Assembly (NCBI GenBank): GCA_964304625.1
Contig: OZ199840.1
Coordinates: forward strand, 4,949,200 to 5,013,199
DNA length: 64,000 nucleotides
Origin: Kudoa neothunni
Lineage: Eukaryota > Animalia > Cnidaria
Reading direction: 5' to 3'
A program made the position numbers and the translations under genes. Positions within the stretch are counted from its first letter, which is position 1. Each line of letters starts with the position of its first letter. The notes below the pieces were generated by a model. That model did no database searches and was not told where the DNA came from. It saw nothing but the letters and a program-made list of their open reading frames with translations. Shown piece by piece: positions 13,901 through 26,697 of the stretch.

Positions 13901-15129
13901 AAGATAACTTAATTTTATTGATTTATTTTCAGTAAATCGCACTATTGAAAACTCCGGGGCTATAGACGAAGATGGAGATATTACTGGGGGAAGAGGTATA
14001 CGACGCTTTACTTAAATACTTTACTCATATCTAAATTACAAAAAATAGGTGTTTTTGTGAATATTTTTAATTCTGAAATAATTTTTTAGGGTGTTACTTT
14101 AAATATGATCGAGTTTGATGGTATTTTCACTCCCTTTCTTTTTAAAATTATTATAACCTTAAAAATTCACTGTCTAGTAAAGTCTGTTGGGAGACCAAAG
14201 GGATACACGTTAACCACTATTGGATACAAAAAGAAAACTAAATTTTCTTAGATCTCGAATTATTTATTTGACTAGGATAGACATTTTTCATTGTGTTACA
14301 CTCATTTAATTTCCGAAAAATGACCTAATTATGATTAGTTTTTTCAAAAATCTAGTCTATATTGAAATCTAAAGAAGTGAATTCACATCATTTCTGTGAA
14401 ATATAATGAGCATATTTTATCTTGAAGTTCATAATTTATGAATAGAATACAATAAATCATATAATCTAGATATTGTAAAGATTGGAAATGAATTAAATTA
14501 CATGTGTTTGAATACATCATGTGTAAGCTCCCGCTTTTAAAGTAATCTCAGACTTATACAAAAACACATAAAATTCTTCAATATTAACCTTATTATTGGC
14601 ATAAAATGATATAATGCAATTTTGATCGTGTTTTAAACTAAGATTAAGAAATTATTCATTTAAGTATGGAAAACAATCAATAAAATAAACAATATAAATA
14701 TTAATAACGTGAAATTAGTTACATTGCAACAGGGCTCGTTGGTAACAGGTGTCGTACGTAATCGCCACTTTTTTACACTAAACTGAATTTGAATGATCTA
14801 ATTCTTAATTATAACAAAGAAAATACTTTTAGCTGTCAAATAAGTATAAATCAAAAACATGGCTCGTACGTAATGAGACTCCATTCTCCAACTCATTACG
14901 TTGGAACCCTGTTGAACTGTGTTTAATAGGGATAATAATTGCAGAGTAGTTGATTCCTGTGGTAATAAACAATGTCTATATTTAACATCATTAGACTTTT
15001 TTGTAAAATTTTTTATTAAAGTAATTAAATAAATAACTCATTAATATTTTCGTAAACTTTTTCATATATTTTCAAAAATTTATCTTTTGCAATAAAATTT
15101 TAAATAGGAAGATAGATAATGATTTATAA

Positions 15130-18125
15130 ATTATTTGAGCATAGAGAAAAACGTTTAAATACTATGTATAAAAGTTTTAATGATGGATTCGTTGCAAATT
15201 CCAAAATGCGCCGAAAATTATTTCCAGAAAAATTTATAAACTAAAAAACAATGTATACAGTCCACTATATAATCATATGAATAGATTTATTAATTAAAAA
15301 AGTAAAAGTACGGCCTAGTATAAAATTTTTCGATTAACGAGTTCATGCGCACAAAATTAGAAGAGAGTACGAAAATATGCATTAACTCAAATAATTCACA
15401 TAATTGGCATCAAAATTTTCCAATAAATCTTGAAAACAAACTTTTATAGTTCAAAATATATAAACATTATCTCGTTTCATGATAAATTCTAATCTATAAA
15501 TGATATAAGTACAAAAATTAAGCAGCGTAATGTTTAATAAGTAAATAAATTAATTTTTAGAACATTTTCACAATTGTTATAAATTTGAAAAAGCACTAAA
15601 AGTAGGCTCACGAAAAGGAACAACCTAAAACCACTCAAAGAAAAAACTATTTGTTATTATCGATAACAGTTGGAACTCGAAAAAATATGACAAACGAAAC
15701 AATAATTATATCGGTCGACTAAACTATTAGTTGGGTACAGGGAATGGACGAAAATGATCTTTGTCAAATTCTCTTAATCTAATTTTGTCATGTTTTTTGG
15801 CGAATCTGAACAGAGAATAAATTAAAAAATAAGAGGGAAATGGATAGTTTTACTCATCAAGTTTCATAAATCCGAGACTATCACATCCACCAGATTTGAC
15901 AATCTAATTTTAATAAACAGTAGATTAATAAGAACAGAAACGCAATCTAAATTACATCTCCATTAAATATCACTCTTACATAATAGTTGTTATCCTAAAC
16001 AATAATCAAAAATGATAAAAAACAAAAATCACATTGGAATCAATGTAGAGTTCAAAAGCGATATATGATGAAAGTGGAGGCCATTTTTCGTTGAAACCAC
16101 CCATAGCAGTTAACAATGTGAGAATGGTAGTATCATGACAGGAGGTTAGCCATAATTTAAGGTAATTTTTATCGAAGCCATCAGTTTGACTGTGATGCTT
16201 AACTGCATTTTCCATATGATTAATGATATCATCGACAACTTTCCCAAACAACACTTGGGTTAATTCGGGCCTATCATAAAATGAACCGTGGTCGTTTCAA
16301 TCCGGTTAATCATTGTATTTTTATATTACGAATCGCTAGCAACAGCATATTTTTCAGCATGTGCAGCACATTTTTCAACTAGATAGTAGATTTCTTCGTA
16401 TTCCTGGGGGATACTGAAGCCATTGTTCTATTAGCAATATGTAAAATGTCTTCCACATTAAACAAACAACTTTCATAGACGTTAAACTATCCCACAAAGC
16501 TATCGGTTGTGGGATATCGGATGAGTTATTGAAGAGTTGTGTAAGTTTCTCTCTCAAAGTATCACAAACTCTATGCGAATATTGCGCCGAATACGCATGG
16601 CTCATCCATTGATCAACTTTCTCACAAAATTGACTGTTTGGAAAATTGTAATCAACTTCGTTTGGTCTGGTATGGATAACAGCCATATTTTCTATGCAAC
16701 AAAAATCAGTACAAAAATGAACTGGAAAGGTAGAAATCACTGCAAACCAATTTCTACACTAACCCTACCTTTATTGATACTCTCGCCAAAAAAACCCTTT
16801 AACACAGCTTGTATAGAGTCAAACGTTCTATCCATATTAGTGGAGTATGCACTATATTGGCACAGATGTAATTTATGGATCAGAATTGACCGATATATTA
16901 CCCAACTACATCAGAACAGTATGCACTATCTAATAAATTGAGTTGATTCACATAACGCTCTTTCAATATTTGGCCTAGATTGTGGGAAAGTTGTTGGCCT
17001 TTTCGAGTCAATTGGCCGGTAGCACATCCACCCTGTGAACAAATGAAAATTGATGTTCATTTAACATTCATTCATAATTACTGGCAATTTCACAGATTTG
17101 TATATACCATCAAAGTATGATGGCGGACGTCCCTCACTTCCATCGTACTGATTAATCACTCTGTAAGGAAGATACTCCTGAGTGGTATCCACCTCACACA
17201 TCTCCTTATCCCACAATACATCTGGAAAATGTTTTAGTTTAGCTAAGGGAGTTCTTGTTCCATGTCTGAAATAGACTGTCGAAAATATAAGCTTTTTGTT
17301 GCTATCCATCGGGGGGTTGGCGAGGGTCTCACAAAGAGATGACGAGTGTAAATAATCTAATCCGAGCTGTGAATTAATATACGGTGTAGTTAGGGGGAAA
17401 TTTTTGAGAGTTAAAAAAGCGGCTGATCCAACTGCAATCAGCCTTCCACAAAATTTCATATTCAATTTTAAACTACGGTGAAAAACTGGTACTAATGCTA
17501 TTAGAGAGTTGTTGTGTGTATATCCACGTGATAGTAAATCTGCTGATTTTCTAAAAAGATTTACAAGTGTCAGTTATATTTTAAAATAAAAATTTGTTCC
17601 ATTAGTTCAGTGGAGTAAATAAAATTATGGATAAACTGTATTAATATTGGTATTAAATTTAATGAGTGCTTTTGAATAATATTTATAAGGATTATCGAAG
17701 TAGAAAAGCGATTATTTGTGAGTACTTAGTTTTACGATAAGTTGTCGGTTGTACCCGAGATTTTTTTATTTGGTATACGTTGAAAGATATTAGAACAAAT
17801 ATGAATTTTCCAAGAAAATGATTATTGGCTTGGTAAATTTTAAGCCTAACAATCATGCACGCTTGCGCGATGAGAATTTTTAATCCCGACAAATCTTAAT
17901 TATAAGCTGTACACAGATTTAATTTGTCAGAATCTGTTATATCCAATCATTTCTGAACTGAGAAAAGTGAAGAAACATTTAAGAAATAATTAAATATAAC
18001 GATAACTAATGACACCTGTATATTGTTTACGATGTCAAAAATCACTTTATTTCCTACAACCCTTATTGTAATATAACGCGCAACCGCTCATTGAGTGAGT
18101 ACGAAATTATTTCGTTTACAGTAAC
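15130..18125. repeat. Segmental duplication unit A1 (ACP6 locus), direct repeat of about 23598-26300
   Basis: Long identical tracts including non-coding flanks, e.g. tgtatacagtccactatataatcatatg at about 15252 and about 23633. Confidence 0.9.
15727..17459 (-). CDS. ACP6: Lysophosphatidic acid phosphatase type 6-like histidine acid phosphatase, copy 1 (intact, 9 exons)
   Basis: RHGTRTP catalytic motif, GGCATGQLTRKG, YSTNMDRTFDS, SCHDTTILTLL and KWPPLSSYIAFELY follow the ACP6 motif order; all introns GT-AG and frame-consistent; N-terminal leader MKFCGRLIAVGSAAFL. Confidence 0.85.
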
Positions 18126-18216
18126 ATATAATAGGCTATAGGGCTGTTTTACAGTAAATGTGACGAACTCCAATACTAAAACATAACGTTCGGGAAAAAT
18201 CGGCACTATATCAAAT

Positions 18217-19165
18217 TCTACCATTAAAGCAAACGGGTAATCCGTGTGTGTCAGTGTGTACGCATTTTTCATTTTTGATAGAGAGACATATCGATCCATT
18301 TGAGTACACGTATGGAAAGATAAAATTTTATTTTAACACAGAAAAATACGCAAAAAATTATAAAAGGTTTGCATCCAACAAAATGACTAAAAACATTTTC
18401 ACGTGATACGATTGGTATGATTAGAGGATTTATGCAAACATATGGATCATTTTATTAAAGTTATAAAAGTTAATTCTAAACGTATCATAGTGTTTATTTT
18501 ACTTTAAAATTATTAAAAAGTAATTAATTACTGAATTAGTTCAAATAAGGAAGGTAATATTAGGTATGTAGTCAGGCATCAACCCTCAAAGGATAACCTT
18601 GGGCTCCACGCGCCCACCTTTATATTCTTTTGTTTAAAAATTTTGTTGTTAAGCATGTTATATTTTGTGCATATTCGTTAGGATTTCATCTACATTAAAA
18701 AATAGCATTGTCTACCGACCGACGTAATGAAGTTAGATAGAGGTTTGGCGAAATTACACAAAATATTCCAGGTTTTATAACAAAATAATAGGAAGATGGA
18801 TGCGCGAATCCAATGGTTAGCTGGTAAGGGTTAATATGAAATTCATGTGTTGATGTTTAACAAGATTAGTTCTTTTCATGTGGTACGATATAGAGATTAC
18901 TGCAATCAACAAGGACAAATCGATTTTTAGGTGCTATAAAGAGGAAGTTTTAAACGCTCAGTAGTGTTTATTCGTTTTCAAAAATATTAAATAAGGTTCA
19001 TGCGTCCAATTTATTAAACAAATCATCCATTAATTGGGTAATCTTTGTATTATTTATTTAAATACTCTTAATTTACTTTGAACTTTATATGACCTTGGCC
19101 TACTCAAGGCTTTAGTCTGCGTGGCCGGGCAAGGAAGCCCATTCGAAGCGGGGATTTTGCGCTAG
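18217..19165 (+). mobile_element. Non-autonomous Helitron, full length, with nested TTAA MITE
   Basis: 5' TCTACCATTAAAGCAAACGGG; 3' GC-rich hairpin AAGCCCATTCGAAGCGGGGATTTT followed by CTAG|T (19162-19166); homologous to 56157-56862 and 2120-2670. Confidence 0.8.
18583..18830. mobile_element. piggyBac-type MITE nested in the Helitron
   Basis: CCCT...AGGG ends with about 38-nt imperfect TIRs; flanks TCAA/TTAA; the empty site in the 56 kb Helitron copy has a single TTAA. Confidence 0.75.
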
Positions 19166-19169
19166 TTGA

Positions 19170-20043
19170 CTATAAAACCGTTATATATTTACAGAGAGTG
19201 CTAAATTCTTTATTCTTATATTTACGCCTAATAAGAAAATCGGATATATATCCAGGCAACCTTTCCGGATTTTTGTTGGTCGCGTTTCTATATTTGCATT
19301 TGAAAGCTTCCAAGTAGTTTCGATTCGATTCGATTCGATTAGTATGGACATCTTCGTTCGACACAAATCTCCTTTTATGGATCACTTTTCCATAAAAAAA
19401 ACCTAAATCTGCCAATCGAATATATCCGGCCCAACCATCTGTCCACATTGTAGAACCGTCTTCACCATTCTCGGTGGTTATTCCTTCGAGAAATTTTGAT
19501 TTCTAAGGCAGGAAATTTTTAAGAAGCAATTTCCATCTTCATCTATCCCGTCTATCATCCAATACTGTTGGTTCTTCAATATTCTACCACGTTGTATTTT
19601 CTTGTTGAGATAGCGTTTTCATCGATCTGTACAACAACTCCTATTCCATCAATTTTTTCGGATTCTTCATCAAGCTTTGAAGCCATTAAATCATGAATAA
19701 TACTCTTCCATTCAAAAATGGTAGCATATGCTTCTATTTTGAAATAAAATTGTAGTATTTAGTAAATAGCTGTTGGATTTTGAATGACGTAAACCATAAG
19801 AAGGAAACTCTTCCACAGAGGAAGTTTGGATAATTTGAAAACACTATTTTTTCTTATTGAGAATCGTTTTTGGCAATTTGTACATCTAAATTGGTAGTCA
19901 TCACCGGTGTGGTTTCTTGATGATATCTTCATTAACTCGCCACACGAACATTTCATGTAACATTGTAGGAGTCCAAGATTCTGCAGAACTTTAATTGTAT
20001 ATGCATTATCTTCACGAAAATATGCAAAATCGAAAACTGTCAT
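19170..20043 (-). mobile_element. Merlin / IS1595-family transposase pseudogene
   Basis: Zn-ribbon CSCG...FRCTNC.KRFSIRKNS; VVQIDE, WTDGWAGY and VHTNRIES DDE motifs; in-frame stop at 19759-19761 and frameshifts. Confidence 0.85.
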
Positions 20044-20179
20044 ATCGACGATATAATATCGTCGATGTCATCTCAGGTGAATAATTTCCTAAAACTTCCC
20101 ATCACACGCAGTTATTTGACAATTTACGAAACATGCTGAAGTTAATCACATATATTGTAAAACAGCCAAAGATGTTCTC

Positions 20180-21691
20180 CGAATAAAATTAGGTCCAAAA
20201 CTTTCAACGACCATGCATCATAATTTATTACCAATTAAAATTTACGTGAAGAACCCACCCAAATTTTAGGAAAGAGTTGAGTCCTATAATGTTTTTCAAC
20301 AACATTTTGACGAAAACGTCATAATGATGATTTTAAAGCGATCACACTTATACATACAACAGATAAACGACCACATTTTTAATCTGACAGTTGAACAACT
20401 CAAAACTTTTAATGGTATACTGTTACTTACCGGCTACCATACGTTAACCTGGATATATATGTGTTGGGAAGACGCTGTTGATTCTGGAGTAATGCTAGTG
20501 AATAAAACGATGAACTATAAACATTTCTAATCCATTAAGAGATATCTACACCTTAATGATAACACGAGAATAGACAAGGGAGACAAATTGTTTAAATTAA
20601 AACCATTAATTGAAAAACTGAACGTAAACTTCAGAAAGTATGGAATTTTTAACAGGAACATCACAATTGTGCAAATGGTATCATATTAAGGACCTCATTC
20701 CTGTATGATGTTTAAGAGAGGCAAACCTTTACGCTTTGGGTTTAAAAATTACATAATAAGATCTTCATATGGTTACGCGTATAGCTTTTCTATTTACAAT
20801 AGAAAGTCAACATCTGAGATTGTGAGTAGGTGTTGTGAAACGTTTCATTGATAACTTGGGGGATGTATCTAACTTTAGGTTGTTTTTTGATAATTTCTTT
20901 TTTCGTCCTAAACAATTTTTCGCTATGTTAACCGTAACACCAGAACGTCTAATGAAGAAAAACGATTCGAACTACAAACGAAAATATCTTTGATAATTCC
21001 ACAAAAATTTTATGCTCTAATTGACACAATACTATATTAGTTTTATTGATGTCTCATTGTTTTGACCCAGGCCCAATTACAAAAGTTAATAGATATTGTT
21101 AAATTAAAAAGTCTTTGTGACAGGTTAAACAGTCACACAACATGTATATGTAAAATAAGCATATGGGTAGAGATGATTTTGCTGAACATTCAATAGCCTG
21201 CTTTAAAATAAAGATAAGATCAAAAAATGGTAGTGACGACTATTCATCAACGCGCGCTCTATGGCCCTGGTGAATTTATGGAGACTAATAAATGTAGGGA
21301 ATTCCTCGAAAATTTACCCTCTTACACATACGCGGGTCATCATAAAAAAATCTAATATCATTTACAACGAAATGTGCTATAGTAGGTCATAGAACTGTAT
21401 TGAGCAACTTTCAGAAGATTTCCATGTGCCAAAAACCAAATATAACATTCTCTACGAACACACCACGGAAAAGATGCGTCATACGTAAGAAAACTACCAT
21501 CCGGTATTGCAATAATTACCTACGTACGTACGAACACGTAGAGTGTTCTGAATAATTAAATTATTAATATTCATAACTAATAAATTCACTTTTATTCACA
21601 GTGAAAATTCATACTTTTTTCTACAAATAATTATTATATTCTATCATTATATAAATTTTGGCTTAATTTAAAAAATAGAACCTTGAATGGG
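20180..21691 (+). mobile_element. PGBD-type piggyBac-like transposase relic, copy 1 (inverted copy at 61722-63560)
   Basis: FNGILLLTGYH, RYLHLNDN..IDKGDKLFKLKPL, GKPLRFGFK, FFDNFF; right end CCTTGAATGGG|TTAA at 21681-21695. Left boundary approximate. Confidence 0.8.
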
Positions 21692-22589
21692 TTAAAGAAT
21701 TTTTGATAAACCCGATTCTTGATTCAGAATATAAACTTAATATATTTAATTTAAAATTGGTACATGAAATTTTAAAATAAATTTAATGCTTTATTTTAAC
21801 AATTTTATCATTATCAATTTGACAAAACATAAAATATAATAAATATTAACTTAACATTTTTGATATTTAGAGATAATTAAATTTTACGTTGTTAATATTT
21901 TTTTATCATAGAAAACTAAACTACATCGATAAAAAAAATTAGTTCATTAGAACGGTTTTAAGCAAATTAAATACTTATATTCTTTTTCGGGGAATTACTA
22001 TTTTATAAATTAAATTTATAAGGAAAAAATACGATTGAATCTATATAACTTTATGAATATATTCACCTGACGAGAACTCTATTAGTATATCACTTTAGAG
22101 TACGTTAATCGTTCTAAGATATACAAAATAGACAGTTTGTTTGTTTGCTAGGAATTAACATCATTATCACCAATGACTGGCATTAGTATTACATAAAATT
22201 ATTACACTACTATTGCTACCTTCGTAATGCAGTAGAAAAAACAGTTAATAAACAAGAAAAAAATGTACATAAAAGAGTACCCTTAAAAATAACAAATTTT
22301 TTGGATTATTTTAATCGGTTATGGGATAAAAGGATGCAATATAGAAAAGGATATCCTCCAAAAGTTTCATTATCGTTGCATTTTGACGGAATGAAGATGT
22401 AAAGATGTTAGATCTTAAAGTTAATCGATAAAATAAATTAGACCTGATCGAATACATTTTAATTCTAACCAGAAAAGAAATATATATTGATCACTTTCAA
22501 ATTTTAATGTGACCTGAAGCTTGATTAAGAATTATGAAGTTTAAATTAAAAAATCAATAAATTTGACAAAGGTGGAGCACGGAACCTAT

Positions 22590-22635
22590 TTTCAAGAAAA
22601 AGTGGGCGCGGTAGAAAAATGGTTGGGAACCACTG
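22590..22635. mobile_element. hAT-like element terminus (orphan)
   Basis: AAAAATGGTTGGGAACCACTG resembles hAT/Charlie right ends; matching left end not found. Confidence 0.35.
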
Positions 22636-23597
22636 CGTTAGAGTGTTAATCAACGTGAAAAAATCACGAATTTTAATGTTTTGACTTAATAAATCAAGTA
22701 AATTGAATATACATAAGAAAATACGAAAAATTTCATTAAATATAGTAAAAATACACAGTTATGTAAGAAAAAACAATCATGCGTAATATGCTATTAGCAT
22801 CGCTGACGACCTCCGACTCGTGATGATTGTGATTCTTTAATTTAGCTTTTTTGACATTGGATGCATATCACTCATTATTTAAAAAATGTATTAAGTTAAA
22901 TTAAATTAAAATCAGAAATATAGAGCACGCGCAATATTGCTAATTTTTGGATTCTTCTGCTCCTAGATTATCAACACAATCTATATTTTGAGGAATACCT
23001 TGTTTAAACTCGCTTTTTTTCTTAAAAATAACGACTACGAATTTCTCGAATTTTTTTCCTAGCTGGCTAAAAATTTTTACACATTAAGTGGTTACTTTTA
23101 TTTTAAATTAAGCAATAACCAAATAAGACACAATTTCGTCCCCCCGAGCGAATTAAATTGAAACCCCTTCGGCACACGCGTAAGTTTTTTGAGTTTCGTC
23201 ATCCAAAGGTTAAACAATATAAAATATACTTTTAACTTATTTAAAAATTGTAATATAGTTTATTATATTTGAATGTTACTAAGGTATGCGTTGTATGTTC
23301 AAATAAACAAGGCTGGCTCACATAAATTAAATAAATCCACTTTTTTTAAAATCTTTGTTTTTATTTTCGCTAACAATATCATATATAAATTTAAAAGCAA
23401 GGGTTTATAACTATTTACGCAATAATATTTTACTATACAACGTAATAAACACTTAAAGTTTTTCTTTCAAAATGCTACTTTAATAATATAATTTAACTTG
23501 TAACATTTGAATGTGATCATAAATTGTTTAAATATTCATAAAAAAATTTGTTAAGTACGATAGAAATTGTTTACTGGAGCTAAATAGAAAATTCTAA

Positions 23598-26300
23598 ATT
23601 ATTGGAGCACACAGAAAAACGCTTAAATATGATGTATACAGTCCACTATATAATCATATGAATAGATTTATTAATTAAAAAAGTAAAAGTACGGCCTAGT
23701 ATAAAATTTTTCGATTAACGAGTTCATGCGCACAAAATTAGAAGAGAGTACGAAAATATGCATTAACTCAAATAATTCACATAATTGGCATCAAAATTTT
23801 CCAATAAATCTTGAAAACAAACTTTTATAGTTCAAAATATATAAACATTATCTCGTTTCATGATAAATTCTAATCTATAAATGATATAAGTACAAAAATT
23901 AAGCAGCGTAATGTTTAATAAGTAAATAAATTAATTTTTAGAACATTTTCACAATTGTTATAAATTTGAAAAAGCACTAAAAGTAGGCTCACGAAAAGGA
24001 ACAACCTAAAACCACTCAAAGAAAAAACTATTTGTTATTATCGATAACAGTTGGAACTCGAAAAAATATGACAAACGAAACAATAATTATATCGGTCGAC
24101 TAAACTATTAGTTGGGTACAGGGAATGGACGAAAATGATCTTTGTCAAATTCTCTTAATCTAATTTTGTCATGTTTTTTGGCGAATCTGAACAGAGAATA
24201 AATTAAAAAATAAGAGGGAAATGGATAGTTTTACTCATCAAGTTTCATAAATCCGAGACTATCACATCCACCAGATTTGACAATCTAATTTTAATAAACA
24301 GTAGATTAATAAGAACAGAAACTCAATCTAAATTACATCTCCATTAAATATCACTCTTACATAATAGTTTTTATCCTAAACAATAATCAAAAATGATAAA
24401 AAACAAAAATCACATTGGAATCAATGTAGAGTTCAAAAGCGATATATGATGAAAGTGGAGGCCATTTTTCGTTGAAACCACCCATAGCAGTTAACAATGT
24501 GAGAATGGTAGTATCATGACAGGAGGTTAGCCATAATTTAAGGTAATTTTTATCGAAGCTATTACTTTGAGTGTGACGCTTAGCTGCATTTTCCATATGA
24601 TTAATGATATCATCGAAAACTTTCCCAAACAACACTTTGGTCATTTCGGGCCTAACACAAAAACGAACAGTAATTGTTTCAATTCAGTTAATCATTTTTA
24701 TTTTCTTTACGAATCGCTAGTAACAGCATATTTTTCAGCATGTGCAGCACATTTTTCAACTAGATCATAGATTTCTTCGTATTCCTGGGGGATACTGATG
24801 CCATTGTTCTATAAGCAGAATGCAAAATGTCTTCCACACTAAAAAAACAACCTTCATAGACGCTAAACTATCCCACAAGGCTATCGGTTGTGGGATATCG
24901 GATGAGTTATTGAAGAGTTGTGTAAGTTTCTCTCTCAAAGTATCACAAACTCTATGCGAATATTGCATCGAATATGCATAGCTCACCCATTGATCAACAT
25001 TCTCACGAAATTGACTGTTTAGAAGATTGTAATCAACTTCGTTTGGTCTGGTATGGATAACAGCCATATTTTCTATGCAACAAAAATTCGTACAAAAATG
25101 AACTGGAAATGTAGAAACCACTGCAAACCAATGTCTACACTAACCCTACCTTTATTGATACTCTCGCCAAAAAAACCCTTTAACACAGCTTGTATAGAGT
25201 CAAACGTTCTATCCATATTAGTGGAGTATGCACTATATTGGCACAGATGTAATTTATGGATCAGAATTGACCGATATATTACCCAACTACATCAGAACAG
25301 TATGCACTATCTAATAAATTGAGTTGATTCACATAACGCTCTTTCAATATTTGGCCTAGATTGTGGGAAAGTTGTTGGCCTTTTCGAGTCAATTGGCCGG
25401 TAGCACATCCACCCTGTGAACAAATGAAAATTGATGTTCATTTAACATTCCTTCATAATTACTGGCAATTTTATAGATTTGTGCATACCATCAAAGTATG
25501 ATGACGGACGTCCCTCACTTCCATCGCACTGATTAATCACTCTATAAGGAAGATACTCCTGAGTGGTATCCACCTCACATATCTCCTTATCCCACAATAC
25601 ATCTGGAAAATATTTTAGTTTAGCTAAGGGAGTTCTTGTTCCATGTCTGAAATAGACTGTCGAAAATATAAGTTTTTTGTCGCTATCCATCTGGGGGTTG
25701 GCGGGGGTCTCACAGAAAGATGACGAGTGTAAATAATTTAATCCGAGCTGTTAATTAATATACGGTGTAGTTAGGGGGAAATTTTTGGGAGTTAAAAAAG
25801 CGGCTGATCCAACTGCAATCAGCCTTCCACAAAATTTCATATTCAATTTTAAACTACGGTGAAAAACTGGTACTAATGCTATTAGAGAGTTGTTGTGTGT
25901 ATATCCACGTGATAGTAAATCTGCTGATTTTCTAAAAAGATTTACAAGTGTCAGTTATATTTTAAAATAAAAATTTGTTCCATTAGTTCAATGGAATAAA
26001 TAAAATTATGGATAAACTGTATTAATATTGGTATTAAATTTAATGAGTGCTTTTGAATATAATTTAAAGGATTCTTAATTATACGCTGTATACAGATTTA
26101 ATTTGTCAGAATCTGTTATATCTAATCATCTCTGACTGAAAAGTGTGAATAAGCATATAAGAAATAATGAAATATAACGATAATTAATGGTACCTGTATA
26201 TTGTTTACGATGTCAAAAATCACTTTATTTCCTAAAACCCTTATTGTAATGTTACGCGCAACCGCTCATTTGAGTGAGTTCGAAATGTTTTCGTCTATAG
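23598..26300. repeat. Segmental duplication unit A2 (ACP6 locus)
   Basis: Direct repeat of about 15130-18125; lacks two insertions present in A1 (about 15168-15253 and about 17694-17893). Confidence 0.9.
24108..25840 (-). pseudogene. ACP6: ACP6-like copy 2 with premature TAA in the leader; otherwise open (possible leaderless isoform from ATG 25690)
   Basis: TCA(Ser) in copy 1 is TAA at 25751-25753; downstream exons, splice sites, RHG and HD motifs are intact. Confidence 0.7.
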
Positions 26301-26453
26301 TAAAATTCACTAGATACCAAAAACAATGCCGAAAATGTTATAATTGGGTACAATGAGTAACCAATTTCACATGGTTCTCTCGGGAGCAAGAAAAGTACGC
26401 GTCCTTTTTGACGCTCTCACGTGCGCAAGTAGGTGGGGAAAAGTCAGGTTTAA

Positions 26454-26697
26454 TCCTCAAAGGATAATCTTGGACTTCACGAGCCATCTTTCTAATATTT
26501 TGTTTCAAAACTTGTTTATTGTGTGTATTTTCGACAGGAGTTTAACCAATTATATTATATTAGTCGAAAGATAATAATTGTTCGAAAAATTATGTGAAAT
26601 TCTGGCGAAAATACAGAAAAAATAAAGTTTCACAACAATATTTCCAGACAAAATTTAAAAAAAGTGGATTGTGGATCCAAAGATGATTCTTTGAGTA
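26454..26697. mobile_element. piggyBac-type MITE, related to 18583-18830
   Basis: TTAA|TCCTCAAAGGATAATCTTGG ... CCAAAGATGATTCTTTGAGTA|TTAA; similar length and left end to the 18583 element. Confidence 0.65.

Noticed and set aside
14727-14914. CAACAGGG...CCCTGTTG inverted ends with internal CGTACGTAAT motifs
   Set aside because: Probably a small MITE, but the TIR is short and no TSD or second copy was found.
25748-25763. Possible 16-nt mini-intron GTATATTAATTAACAG removing the ACP6 copy-2 stop
   Set aside because: Removal would shift the frame and it is far below the local intron size.
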